NCBI GenBank assembly: GCA_000004985.1
Contig: GG738854.1
Direction: 5' to 3' (one strand)
From: Naegleria gruberi
Lineage: Eukaryota
Length of the DNA: 64,000 nt
Of the stretch, positions 21,802-31,071 are shown in pieces; position 1 is the stretch's first letter; the number at the start of each line of letters is the position of its first letter. The translations under genes were made by a program, and so were the position numbers. The notes below the pieces were generated by a model. That model worked only from the letters and a program-made list of their open reading frames with translations, made no database searches and was not told where the DNA came from.

Positions 21802-24531
21802 ATGGGTTTCTTCTCCAATTTATTTCATCATCACAATAAGAATGATCCTAAACACCAATCCGTTTCCGTTTCTTCCACTGCTCCTTCACTAACCTCTCCA
21901 CACACAATAGACGAAACCTCCCATGCCGACCAAGCTCTCGATCAATCCTTTCGTTCAACTGTCAGTTCAACTCACATCAATTCCAATACCTCATCCAGTC
22001 GTTTATCCATCGACTCAATGGCTTCCTCCTTCTCCAATGCCACACAATACAACTCAACTCATAAACATTCAATGAGTAATCCATTTCATTTCCTTCACAC
22101 TCACACTTCACATCATAATCCACAGAGAATGAGTGTTCGTGATTTTGCTCGACAATATTTGGAAGTTTTGGAGAGTGAAAAGAGGAGAGAATTGTTGAAG
22201 AGTGTTTCAATGATACAGACAAACTATTCGAATGGTGGTTGTGTGAGTGCGAATCAGTCGTTGCATGCAATTGTTGGTGGTGCTGCTGCTGCTACAGTAG
22301 TGGGTGATAATGTGAATTCGAATAATGAGAATTTGGTGAGTGAGGAGGCAACTGTTTCGAATGGAATTGCAGAGGTGAATACAGAGTCAACGACACTGGT
22401 GACAGCTGTTGATAATTCAAACACTTCCAATGAGGATGTTGCAGTTAGTAATGAAAATAATCGTCTCAGTATTGAAAATTCACAACTTATCAGAAATATC
22501 AAGAAACAACATGTAAATAATGAGGAGAAACAAACTTTTAAAAAGTTTATTATTGAAAATGAAAAGTATATTCAAACACTCGATGAAATTTATCAAGTTT
22601 GCATTTATGGACAAGTTGAAAGATTGAAGGAACTTGTCTCTGCACATAGTGAAAAATCCGGAAGAAAATTTTCACTCACAATGGCAAGTTTGAGAATGAC
22701 TGGTTCTGTAATTGATATGAGTGGTGATGCAGAACATAAGAATGTAAAGAAACAATCGTGGAGTCATTGTACTCTGGTTCACTTGGCTGCACGTTTCAAT
22801 CAGGTCGATGTTTTAGACATGCTCTTGAAAGAATTTACCAATGAAGATAATCTTTCAGATGTGCTGAATTGTGAGGATGATATTCATGCAACTCCATTGT
22901 TCCATGCTGTGACTGCTGGAGCCATTGAGGCAACTACATTTTTATGCAGTTTCACTCAACAAATCAAAATTAATGTAAAGGACATGTTTGAATGCAGTCC
23001 ACTTTGGTATGCTCTCAATAGAAAAGACTTTGAAATGGCCAATATTTTATTGACATTTGGTGCTGACATGTTCTTTAAAATTCATGGTGGAGAATCCTAT
23101 CTCCATAGAGCTTGTGACAATAATGATATTGCCATGGTTAAGTATATTCTTCTAGGTATTGGAGTGGACGATGAGATTGATTTGACCAATCAAAAGACTT
23201 TACAAATATTCGAGGAGAGACAGAACTTATTTTTGAGAAGTGATCAAAGACATCAAACACCTCTCTTCAATTCTATCAAATCCTATCAGGATAATATGAA
23301 GAAACGTAAATCTGATACTCTTCCATCTCCAAATGAAGCTCCAAATCCACAAAAGGAACAAGTGATGGACTTTTTATTAAGCTTTTTCAATGAACATGCC
23401 CCAGTGTTATTGCAGAAAGCTTTAGATCAAACGAATCACTATGGACACAATGTATTCCACTTCTGCGCTGAGCAAGATGCATTCCAGCAATTGCTCAAAT
23501 TAATCAAATATTTTGAAACTGATGAAAAGCTCAAGTTTGCCCTAAATCTCAAAGACAAAATTCTAGGTAACACCCCACTCCATATTTCTATAATGACAAG
23601 TCATTATGATATTTTTAAACTATTTATTAATTGTAGTGAAGTTGAGTTGAATATTCCAAACCAACAACTAGATTTACCACTCCATGTAGCCCTAAGACAA
23701 CACAAGTTGAGAATGTGTCAATATCTCTATATTCACTATAGTCAACAAGATTTAGAAGTTAAGAATGCTCAAAGATACTCCTCACTGAAATTGGCCAAGA
23801 GATTGGACATTAACATGAAAAAGCTTGCAGAGGGTTCAACAGAAGAATTTGAAAAGAAGAAGATCGTCAAGAACACTTCTGAAAAGAAATGGTGGCACAT
23901 TTTCAAGATTCACAAGCAAAACAATCAACAAGATTCCAGAAAGAGCATGGTTGAAAAGGGCCATACAACACCTCTCGAAGAAATTTCTCAAAATGAAAGC
24001 GAGTTCACCTCATCAACTGATGCCTCTTCCTCTGATTTATCGGCTCAAAGAACAACCTTCCCTCTGGTTATTTGGACTAAGGAGCTGACATTGGGAGTTG
24101 ATATTATTGACACTCAACACCATGCCCTTGTTGACATTATCAACAAGTTGATCAAATTATTGTTTGGAGAAGATAATGCTTTTATTCCTGACAGATCAGC
24201 AGATGAATGGATTCTGGGTTATATAATTGGCAATCTACTCGAATACACTGAATTCCATTTTGAAACCGAGGAGAAAATTATGTCCAAATATCAGAAAATA
24301 CTTCCAGATGGTTATTTAGATGAACATCATCAAGAACATGTCGAATTCACATCGAAAATTCACAAATTGCATCAAGAATACCTTGAAAGTCACTCCACTC
24401 TATCCTTCCTCAATGTGGATTTGTTGAATTATTTACTGAACTGGCTAGTTACTCACATCATGGGAAGTGATCATATTTTGGTTTCTCATCTTAACAAGGG
24501 TATGAAGGAGGGCCAAAAAATCGAATTGTAA
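21802..24531 (+). CDS. ankyrin-repeat protein with C-terminal hemerythrin (HHE cation-binding) domain
   Basis: ANK repeats include 'HLAARFNQVDVLDMLL', 'TPLFHAVTAGAIEAT', 'SPLWYALNRKDFEMANILLTFGAD', 'YLHRACDNNDIAMVKYIL', 'TPLHISIMTSHYDIFKLFI' and 'LPLHVALRQHKLRMCQYL'. The C-terminus 'DTQHHALVDIINKL...EYTEFHFETEEKIMSKY...HHQEHVEFTSKIHKLHQEY...WLVTHIMGSDHIL' matches the hemerythrin H-HxxxE-HxxxH-HxxxxD pattern. Confidence 0.7.
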   Translation: MGFFSNLFHHHNKNDPKHQSVSVSSTAPSLTSPHTIDETSHADQALDQSFRSTVSSTHINSNTSSSRLSIDSMASSFSNATQYNSTHKHSMSNPFHFLHTHTSHHNPQRMSVRDFARQYLEVLESEKRRELLKSVSMIQTNYSNGGCVSANQSLHAIVGGAAAATVVGDNVNSNNENLVSEEATVSNGIAEVNTESTTLVTAVDNSNTSNEDVAVSNENNRLSIENSQLIRNIKKQHVNNEEKQTFKKFIIENEKYIQTLDEIYQVCIYGQVERLKELVSAHSEKSGRKFSLTMASLRMTGSVIDMSGDAEHKNVKKQSWSHCTLVHLAARFNQVDVLDMLLKEFTNEDNLSDVLNCEDDIHATPLFHAVTAGAIEATTFLCSFTQQIKINVKDMFECSPLWYALNRKDFEMANILLTFGADMFFKIHGGESYLHRACDNNDIAMVKYILLGIGVDDEIDLTNQKTLQIFEERQNLFLRSDQRHQTPLFNSIKSYQDNMKKRKSDTLPSPNEAPNPQKEQVMDFLLSFFNEHAPVLLQKALDQTNHYGHNVFHFCAEQDAFQQLLKLIKYFETDEKLKFALNLKDKILGNTPLHISIMTSHYDIFKLFINCSEVELNIPNQQLDLPLHVALRQHKLRMCQYLYIHYSQQDLEVKNAQRYSSLKLAKRLDINMKKLAEGSTEEFEKKKIVKNTSEKKWWHIFKIHKQNNQQDSRKSMVEKGHTTPLEEISQNESEFTSSTDASSSDLSAQRTTFPLVIWTKELTLGVDIIDTQHHALVDIINKLIKLLFGEDNAFIPDRSADEWILGYIIGNLLEYTEFHFETEEKIMSKYQKILPDGYLDEHHQEHVEFTSKIHKLHQEYLESHSTLSFLNVDLLNYLLNWLVTHIMGSDHILVSHLNKGMKEGQKIEL

Positions 24532-24634
24532 ATAAAAATTTAATCCAAACTGTATCAATAATTTTAGAAATAATCTATTAATTATTTATCTTATGTTTTT
24601 CCACACATTTCAATTAAAATAATATTTTGTACAA

Positions 24635-25567
24635 TTAATCCTTCTTTGATTTCTTTCCAGACTCTGTTTGTTTGGCATCCTTCTTTTCCTTCTTTTGTTT
24701 TGGTTCTGTAGTGGAAGGTGAAGCTGGCTTAGCAACTGGTTTTTTAGATGGAGTAGACCACCAAGCACTGACAGCATCAGCAGCGTCCAAAATAAGTGGG
24801 AATGTAACAAACACTACCATAATGATATAAACTGAATTATAAGCAATGAGATATAAAACAGTAGATTTGGCTCCCTCATCTCCAACAACACTTTCCAAAT
24901 AATAATAACTCAAAGCATAGAAAACAGAGCAAACAAATGGCATTTTCAATCTCCAAGATGGATTTGCCAAAAAGGTACTAATTCCATAATCTGCCTTTTT
25001 AAGAACCAAATGAGCTTCAATAACATTCATTATTAAACTTCCACCAACAGCACTAAGATAACCCAAAAGGGCAGGGAAAAAGATGGTAGAAGAATGATTT
25101 TCACTTCTAGCCAACTTTAAAAAGAACAAAGTGCTAGCACACAATGCACAAGCACGTCTAAATTCGTTTGGCAAAGTCAAAACATATTTGAGAATTGGAT
25201 GAGCGAACCAGGAAGAGAAGCTTTCCTTTGCTCCCTTTGAACGGAAGAGAATATAGGAACAGACAGACCATACCCCCAATCCACACCACAACCTAAAATC
25301 ATTAAAGATGAAAGGAGCTGGTTTTCCGACGAGAATTCTAGAAATAGTTCCACCTCCTTCTCCCATCACAATAATATATACCATAGCCATGACGATATTC
25401 ATCTTGGTTGAATCATATCCAGCAGCAGCATAATATCTCTTAATGATGAGCAAGTGCTTGAGAACATACAATACCTGAAACAAGGTAATTGCGATCCAAA
25501 CATTTTCGAACAATCGGAACGAGTTGAGATCAAACTCTTGTATGAGAGAAAGAACAACTTTGGACAT
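24635..25567 (-). CDS. multi-pass membrane protein, TRIC/TMEM38-type cation channel-like (tentative)
   Basis: 310 aa with about 7 hydrophobic helices, a glycine-rich helix 'MGEGGGTISRILVG' and a very lysine-rich C-tail 'KQKKEKKDAKQTESGKKSKKD' as in TRIC channels. ATG follows an A-run on the coding strand. Confidence 0.4.
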   Translation of the reverse strand: MSKVVLSLIQEFDLNSFRLFENVWIAITLFQVLYVLKHLLIIKRYYAAAGYDSTKMNIVMAMVYIIVMGEGGGTISRILVGKPAPFIFNDFRLWCGLGVWSVCSYILFRSKGAKESFSSWFAHPILKYVLTLPNEFRRACALCASTLFFLKLARSENHSSTIFFPALLGYLSAVGGSLIMNVIEAHLVLKKADYGISTFLANPSWRLKMPFVCSVFYALSYYYLESVVGDEGAKSTVLYLIAYNSVYIIMVVFVTFPLILDAADAVSAWWSTPSKKPVAKPASPSTTEPKQKKEKKDAKQTESGKKSKKD

Positions 25568-26383
25568 TTTTAATTTATTAATTTTAATAACAATAATAAT
25601 TTTAATGATGTGACGAGGGAGTGTAAAATTTATGATGACCTTTTTTATCTTCTCTCGTTTTAGTAAAATTAAATCGATATGGCTTAGTGAGATGCATCGA
25701 TAGTAGATAGCAAATTATATCATTAGAGTTGGGTGGAAGAAATTTATTGGAATTGAATATGGAGAGTCATCATTGTGTTGATTAGAACGGAGCTCACAAT
25801 TAATTGAAGACCTTGGGTCGTCAAATTGTCTTATCAACTTCTTCAAATTACCTTTCTAATTGGCTCTTCTCCAAGTTTCTCATTATTGCCTCAATAATGA
25901 ATTGTCAGATTTGTCATCTTTGTGGCTTCTTTAAAAATGTAGTATTATCGTCAAGAAGTATGAAAATCAAGTTTAAACTTGTGACCAATTTTTGCTTCTG
26001 AAGAGTCAATAGTCATGGCATTGGTGTATCGACATTATGATTTTGGCTACAGTTGTGCTGTATTGGTAGAACGGCAAATGAAACTCTTGGTTTTTGCTTC
26101 TTTCTTTGCTGATCCATGTTGTTAACCTCCTTCCGATGATGGTTGCACCATGATTTTACCATGATTTTGGGTAAGTGAGAAGAAGGATAGGAGTTTCAAT
26201 GAACTTGAAAGAGAAATTACCAGATTGAATGAAATTACATGACGAATTTGTTTGGTGTTGTTGTGTGGGCTTTGTATTGTTGGATGAGGTTTTTTTTACT
26301 GCGTTCAACCTCCAAAACATTTCATTGTAAAATTCTAGTCACCCGTTAATGATAGAAAATTTGTTGAAAAAAAAAATCGCAAG

Positions 26384-26430
26384 GTGAGTAACCTCATAAC
26401 GTTATAGTTTTTTCTTACAATTATTATCAG
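26384..26430 (+). other. putative 5'UTR intron of rpl21 (GTGAGT...TTATCAG)
   Basis: 'aaaaaaaaaatcgcaag|GTGAGTaacc...ttattatcAG|aattcaaaATG'. Intron size (47 nt) matches the other introns in the window, and 5'UTR introns are common in ribosomal protein genes. Cannot be confirmed without transcript data. Confidence 0.3.
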
Positions 26431-26438
26431 AATTCAAA

Positions 26439-26924
26439 ATGCCACACAGCTTCGGTTATAGAGCCAGAACCAGACACACCTTCGCCAGAGGTTTCAGAGC
26501 CCACGGTATTCTCTCATCAAAGTTCTTCTTGACCAACTTCAAGCTTGGTGATTTCGTTACCGTCAAGGTTAACAGTAACGAACACAAGGGTATGCCACAC
26601 AGAATTTACCACGGTAAGACTGGTAGAGTCTGGAACGTTACCCCAAGAGCTGTTGGTGTTGAAATCACTAAGCAAGTCAGAGGTAGAATCATCAACAAGA
26701 GATTCCACGTCAGAATTGAACACGTCGTGAAGAGCAAGTGTAGACAAGACTTCTTGGAAAGATGTAAGCTTAACAACAAGATTGCTCTTGAAAATAAGGA
26801 TAAGCCAGTTGAACAAAGAAAGAAGTTCGTCAAGAGACTCCCAGCTCAACCAAGACCATCTTTCACTTTGAAGGTTGAAAATGTTGTTGATGTCATTCCA
26901 CCAGAATTCGTTGAAACTGCTTAA
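26439..26924 (+). CDS. rpl21: 60S ribosomal protein L21 (eL21)
   Basis: 'MPHSFGYRARTRHTFARGFRAHG...KGMPHRIYHGKTGRVWNVTPRAVGVEITKQVRGRIINKRFHVRIEHVVKSKCRQDFLERCK...LPAQPRPSFTLK..PPEFVE' is collinear with yeast Rpl21 (MGKSHGYRSRTRYMF..KGMPHKFYQGKTGVVYNVT..HIKHSKCRQEFLERVK..QPAQPRE..). Strong third-position C/G codon bias typical of highly expressed genes. Confidence 0.9.
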   Translation: MPHSFGYRARTRHTFARGFRAHGILSSKFFLTNFKLGDFVTVKVNSNEHKGMPHRIYHGKTGRVWNVTPRAVGVEITKQVRGRIINKRFHVRIEHVVKSKCRQDFLERCKLNNKIALENKDKPVEQRKKFVKRLPAQPRPSFTLKVENVVDVIPPEFVETA

Positions 26925-27202
26925 ATTTCATAATAAATTAATCATAAAAATTCAAAAACATTTAATTTTCTATTAAATATCATCATTAAATTTTCATACT
27001 TGCCGTATTTTCATTCAACGTTTTCCATCATGTGATTAGATAAATTTTTGTTTGATGCCTCTTGCTTGCAATCCATCAAATTACCAATTTTTAACGGTTG
27101 CAATGTTCAAATATTACTTGTACAGTTTGAAAAAAATAACGAATCACCACATAGCAATCCCTTTCGCTTGATCATCAAGTTGTACAAGCAAAAGATTTAA
27201 AA

Positions 27203-30200
27203 ATGCAAGAATCCATTATGAGTGCTGAGACTCTAGAAGAGGGTGATGCTAACGCTTTAAATTTAATAAATAGTTTAGTAACTGCGGAAGAGGAACAACA
27301 ACTTCAACATCATCATGCTCACCACCAACATCATGATTTTACAGAACTGACAGATAATCATTTTCTTGGTGACCATCATTCTGCTACCACTCCAACCCTT
27401 TCCGATTCTAAAATTCATCATGACAATGAGATACATTCCGTTACGGATGAAGAACATTTATTCAATTTTAATTTAGGTAGTGGAACAACTCCAACTAATC
27501 AACCACACCGAGATGACGATTCATCCTCTCATCATCTTGTTGGTAATTTTGATTCAACAACCTCTACTCCAATAGTACAAACAAACACAGGTCAGCCTTT
27601 GGATGATAGGGATCGATTATTAAAACGAATTAATGAATTAGAAGAACAAGTAAGAGCTTTGATAGAAGACAACAAACAAAAGACTGATGCATTTAATGTT
27701 ATCACACAACATAATATTGATTTATCATATCAATTACAAATTATTCAATATTACCATCCCGAATTAATATCAGCAATTCCTCCACCAAGTGCTGCTAATC
27801 CAACACCAAATTCTCCTCTCATGTTATCACCAAATAATCACCACCAGCAACATATTGCAACTACATCACCATTCTTTTCAAATCCAACAGGTATTACGCC
27901 ATCTTCTCACTTTTCAACTTCTCCAGGCGTATTATCAAATATTACATCACCAATGACCTCTCCTTCTGCTAATACTCCCAACATGTCAAATAATATTAAT
28001 GGAATTTCACCAAATCTTCAACCTTCATTGGTTCCAAATAATCCAGCAGGTTATTACCCACTTCATCATCCACATTTAATGCAACCAACTCCTCTCATTC
28101 CACAACAACCAAAGAATGGAACAAAAAAGAAGAAGAAAAAAGGAGAATCACCTGCAGTTAATTCTTCATCATTTCAATCACCAATTTCCTCTGTAACATC
28201 TCCAACTTCCTCTGTACCATTAAATAAGAAACAGACTAAAAAGAAGAGAAAACATGAAAGTGATGGAGAGGAAACTTCCGAGTCTGAAGATGAAACACCT
28301 GAAAATGCCACTTCTACCCCTTCAAACCTTCCACCTGTTAATACTCATTTACCACCACCACCTTCATCAAATCTTCCACCAAAACCTAAAGTAACACTTC
28401 CACCTCAACCATCTAAGCATTTGCCAAAGCTTCCACCAAGATCTCTACTTCCTGGTATGGATCCTTTTGCTATGCACGCTACAACACCTTTTCCATTTCC
28501 ACCTCCTTCTGGTTTACCTCATCCACCATTGGGAATGAGTGAACATCCTTTAATGATGGATCCATCACTTCTTCAACATCATATGGCTCATCATTCTTCA
28601 GAAGCTCCTTCTCCAGGTGCCTTCTCACCAATGGGAACAACAGCTGAAACTCCAGGTGCATCAAATCAACGAAGAAGAAGTAAAAAGGGTGAAGGAATTG
28701 AGAATAGTGATAGTAGTGAGACATTAAATCCATCCAATGCTGAATTAGAAATTAGAAAATTATTTGGAAAAGTTAACAATGGAGGAAAACGAGGTATTTT
28801 AGCTGTTCATGCAGGTGATGGTTTGGAAGCTGTTAAAGAAATTATCAGACAAACTCTGGATCAGGTAGAATTACTAAAGAATCGATCTGTTACAGAGTAT
28901 AATTCTAGGAAAGAAAACAATGCTATGAATTGCATTAACAAGGCTTTGGATTTATTACACCAAGCAACACGTGGAATAGTTGGAGGTTTATTACAATTAT
29001 TAGAGTCGAGTATTTCTCAACTTTTAGATGGTACAAGAGATAATTGGGGTTTAGAAATAGCTAAAATGATGGAAAAGAGTTGGTTAGATTTATTCTCAGT
29101 TATATTTGTAGAATCTGAAATCACCAGCTATACACAATTAGGTACTCTTGTTGATCCTATACAAATGCAAAGTTGTCTTGAAGAACTTCAATCATTTGGA
29201 AAATCTCTTTCTTACTTTAAATTTGACCATCTGACTAGAGTGTTCAATATCATGTTTGGTTACATGAAGAAGAATAACTCTGTAGAGTGGTATCTGGGCT
29301 TTTGTTTACAAATCAGATATTACAAAGAGTATTGTGCCAAAATGATTGAACTTTATCACTATGAAGATTGTTTTAACAATATTGTAAATAATATTCTCAC
29401 AGGAAATGCTCACTCTGAAAGAACAGGAGATTATAAGGATGAAGATAAGACATATCTTGTCGAGTATGCTGTTTTATGTCTCACTAAAATTTATGATCAA
29501 TCTGTAGAAATTGTCAGACAAGAATATATTGATAACCACATTGAAGATAGTATGCCAATCAACTTGTCAAATACTCAATATTCAGAAATGTTGGAAAAGA
29601 TAATGGGTAGCTGTGTAAATATTCAAAATATTGTTTTATACCCAAGAGAATTAGTCCCTCTACTCAAATTTTTGTTAAAGGTTTTCCCAAGTGATGAAGC
29701 TTTTATAGATGGAGGAGGTTTGGGAGAAACAAGACAAGATATTAGACATTTAACATTTATTGCAGATCTTTTATTTATTATGAGTAGATTTATTGTTGAA
29801 TTAGATGAATATAACGAAACCATTGATTCTGTCAAAGCAGTAGGAAGAAAGATTGTACTAGAATGTACAGACAACCTCCTTCAAAAGCTGATTAAGATTA
29901 GATTTGAAGGTGCTGCAACACATTTGAAGGAAATTTTGGAAACAAATGACCTTTTCAAGATGAGTATTGCTCAAATTTGTGAGAAGGCTGTTTGGATACC
30001 AATTCATCAAGAGGAGAAGGATTATAACTGGAAGTCTCTCCATGACTATAATGAAACTCTGCAGATCAAACAAGATGAAGCTGCTGTTACTGTTAGAGGA
30101 AAACTTTTGGAACATTTGAAAATACTATTACCTGGTGCATCTCAATATTTATCAGTAATGATTGATTGTATTAATTATGCACTTGGTTGTAAAATTGAAA

Positions 30201-30790
30201 ACAGAAGTAATACCAGTTATGAACAATTTTTCAATGTCATGAAGAGAATTGGCGTTCACTATTTACAAAGTCATAGAGAAGCCCAATGGGAAGAACTACT
30301 TGCAAAGATTTACTTTATTCACTCTAGGAAAGTTAAACTGAAGAAAATGTTAAAACAATGGAATACAGAATTTAAGGGCAAGATGGAAACCAATGTCAAC
30401 TGGTATGATCAATTATTAGGAGAGAATTATGTAGAGACAGAACCTCTTGTTTTGCTACCAAAAGTTGAAGAAAAACCTCCAGTTCCAATATCTGCTCTGC
30501 AGCCACAACCTGTCCTTAATCCAGCCACCACAATCACTTCAAATACACCAGTCACAAGCACTACCAACGCAGTCACACCTACAACAATTACTCCAGTGAC
30601 TTCTACCACTTCCTCAACACCCTCCTCTGGTGGTCTAACCACACAAACCCTTAAAAGAAGAAAAACTAAACTGGTCAAAGTAGAGGAAGTTTCCTCAAAT
30701 GGAAACAATTCATCTTATCCAAACTCTACAAACGCCTCAACTACCACCACAACTACAGCAGCAGAGGATGATATGGAAGAGGACGAATAA
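27203..30790 (+). CDS. large nuclear-type hypothetical protein (His/Pro/Ser-rich N-terminus, basic NLS-like K-runs, conserved ~650-aa C-terminal domain)
   Basis: 1195-aa ATG ORF. The low-complexity N-terminal half includes 'KKKKKKGESP' and 'KKQTKKKRKHESDGEETSESEDE'. The structured C-terminal half is family-unassigned. Confidence 0.55.
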   Translation: MQESIMSAETLEEGDANALNLINSLVTAEEEQQLQHHHAHHQHHDFTELTDNHFLGDHHSATTPTLSDSKIHHDNEIHSVTDEEHLFNFNLGSGTTPTNQPHRDDDSSSHHLVGNFDSTTSTPIVQTNTGQPLDDRDRLLKRINELEEQVRALIEDNKQKTDAFNVITQHNIDLSYQLQIIQYYHPELISAIPPPSAANPTPNSPLMLSPNNHHQQHIATTSPFFSNPTGITPSSHFSTSPGVLSNITSPMTSPSANTPNMSNNINGISPNLQPSLVPNNPAGYYPLHHPHLMQPTPLIPQQPKNGTKKKKKKGESPAVNSSSFQSPISSVTSPTSSVPLNKKQTKKKRKHESDGEETSESEDETPENATSTPSNLPPVNTHLPPPPSSNLPPKPKVTLPPQPSKHLPKLPPRSLLPGMDPFAMHATTPFPFPPPSGLPHPPLGMSEHPLMMDPSLLQHHMAHHSSEAPSPGAFSPMGTTAETPGASNQRRRSKKGEGIENSDSSETLNPSNAELEIRKLFGKVNNGGKRGILAVHAGDGLEAVKEIIRQTLDQVELLKNRSVTEYNSRKENNAMNCINKALDLLHQATRGIVGGLLQLLESSISQLLDGTRDNWGLEIAKMMEKSWLDLFSVIFVESEITSYTQLGTLVDPIQMQSCLEELQSFGKSLSYFKFDHLTRVFNIMFGYMKKNNSVEWYLGFCLQIRYYKEYCAKMIELYHYEDCFNNIVNNILTGNAHSERTGDYKDEDKTYLVEYAVLCLTKIYDQSVEIVRQEYIDNHIEDSMPINLSNTQYSEMLEKIMGSCVNIQNIVLYPRELVPLLKFLLKVFPSDEAFIDGGGLGETRQDIRHLTFIADLLFIMSRFIVELDEYNETIDSVKAVGRKIVLECTDNLLQKLIKIRFEGAATHLKEILETNDLFKMSIAQICEKAVWIPIHQEEKDYNWKSLHDYNETLQIKQDEAAVTVRGKLLEHLKILLPGASQYLSVMIDCINYALGCKIENRSNTSYEQFFNVMKRIGVHYLQSHREAQWEELLAKIYFIHSRKVKLKKMLKQWNTEFKGKMETNVNWYDQLLGENYVETEPLVLLPKVEEKPPVPISALQPQPVLNPATTITSNTPVTSTTNAVTPTTITPVTSTTSSTPSSGGLTTQTLKRRKTKLVKVEEVSSNGNNSSYPNSTNASTTTTTTAAEDDMEEDE

Positions 30791-31071
30791 ATGCTTTGCC
30801 ACTTATTGAGAGATATAACATGGAGAGAAAATCTTGTGAACAGTTTGATTCTGTCTCTGTAAGGAAGTCGATTAAGGGATATTAAGGGATCACTTCCTTT
30901 AAAAAAAATTGTACATGACCAATGATAACAAGAAGCACCACAACTACCGACAGGCACGGTCATCACTTCTCCTCACCACCGCACTCATTGTTGTTGTCAT
31001 CTGGATCATGTCCTCCTCGACCCTTACTACAAAAACAACAGTACTGTTCAAATGTAATAATAAGATTAATA

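Noticed and set aside
25570-26380. Possible ncRNA or mobile element in the 870-bp rpl21 / TRIC-like divergent intergenic region (two ATCGAT palindromes near 25680-25710)
   Set aside because: No TIR/TSD, tRNA-like or snRNA signature was found. It is most simply a shared promoter region, and I could not support a specific feature.
26517-26849. Antisense and alternative-frame ORFs within rpl21 (26517..26849, 26545..26730, 26606..26833)
   Set aside because: They overlap the highly conserved RPL21 frame. The GC-rich codon bias of the ribosomal gene keeps other frames open by chance.
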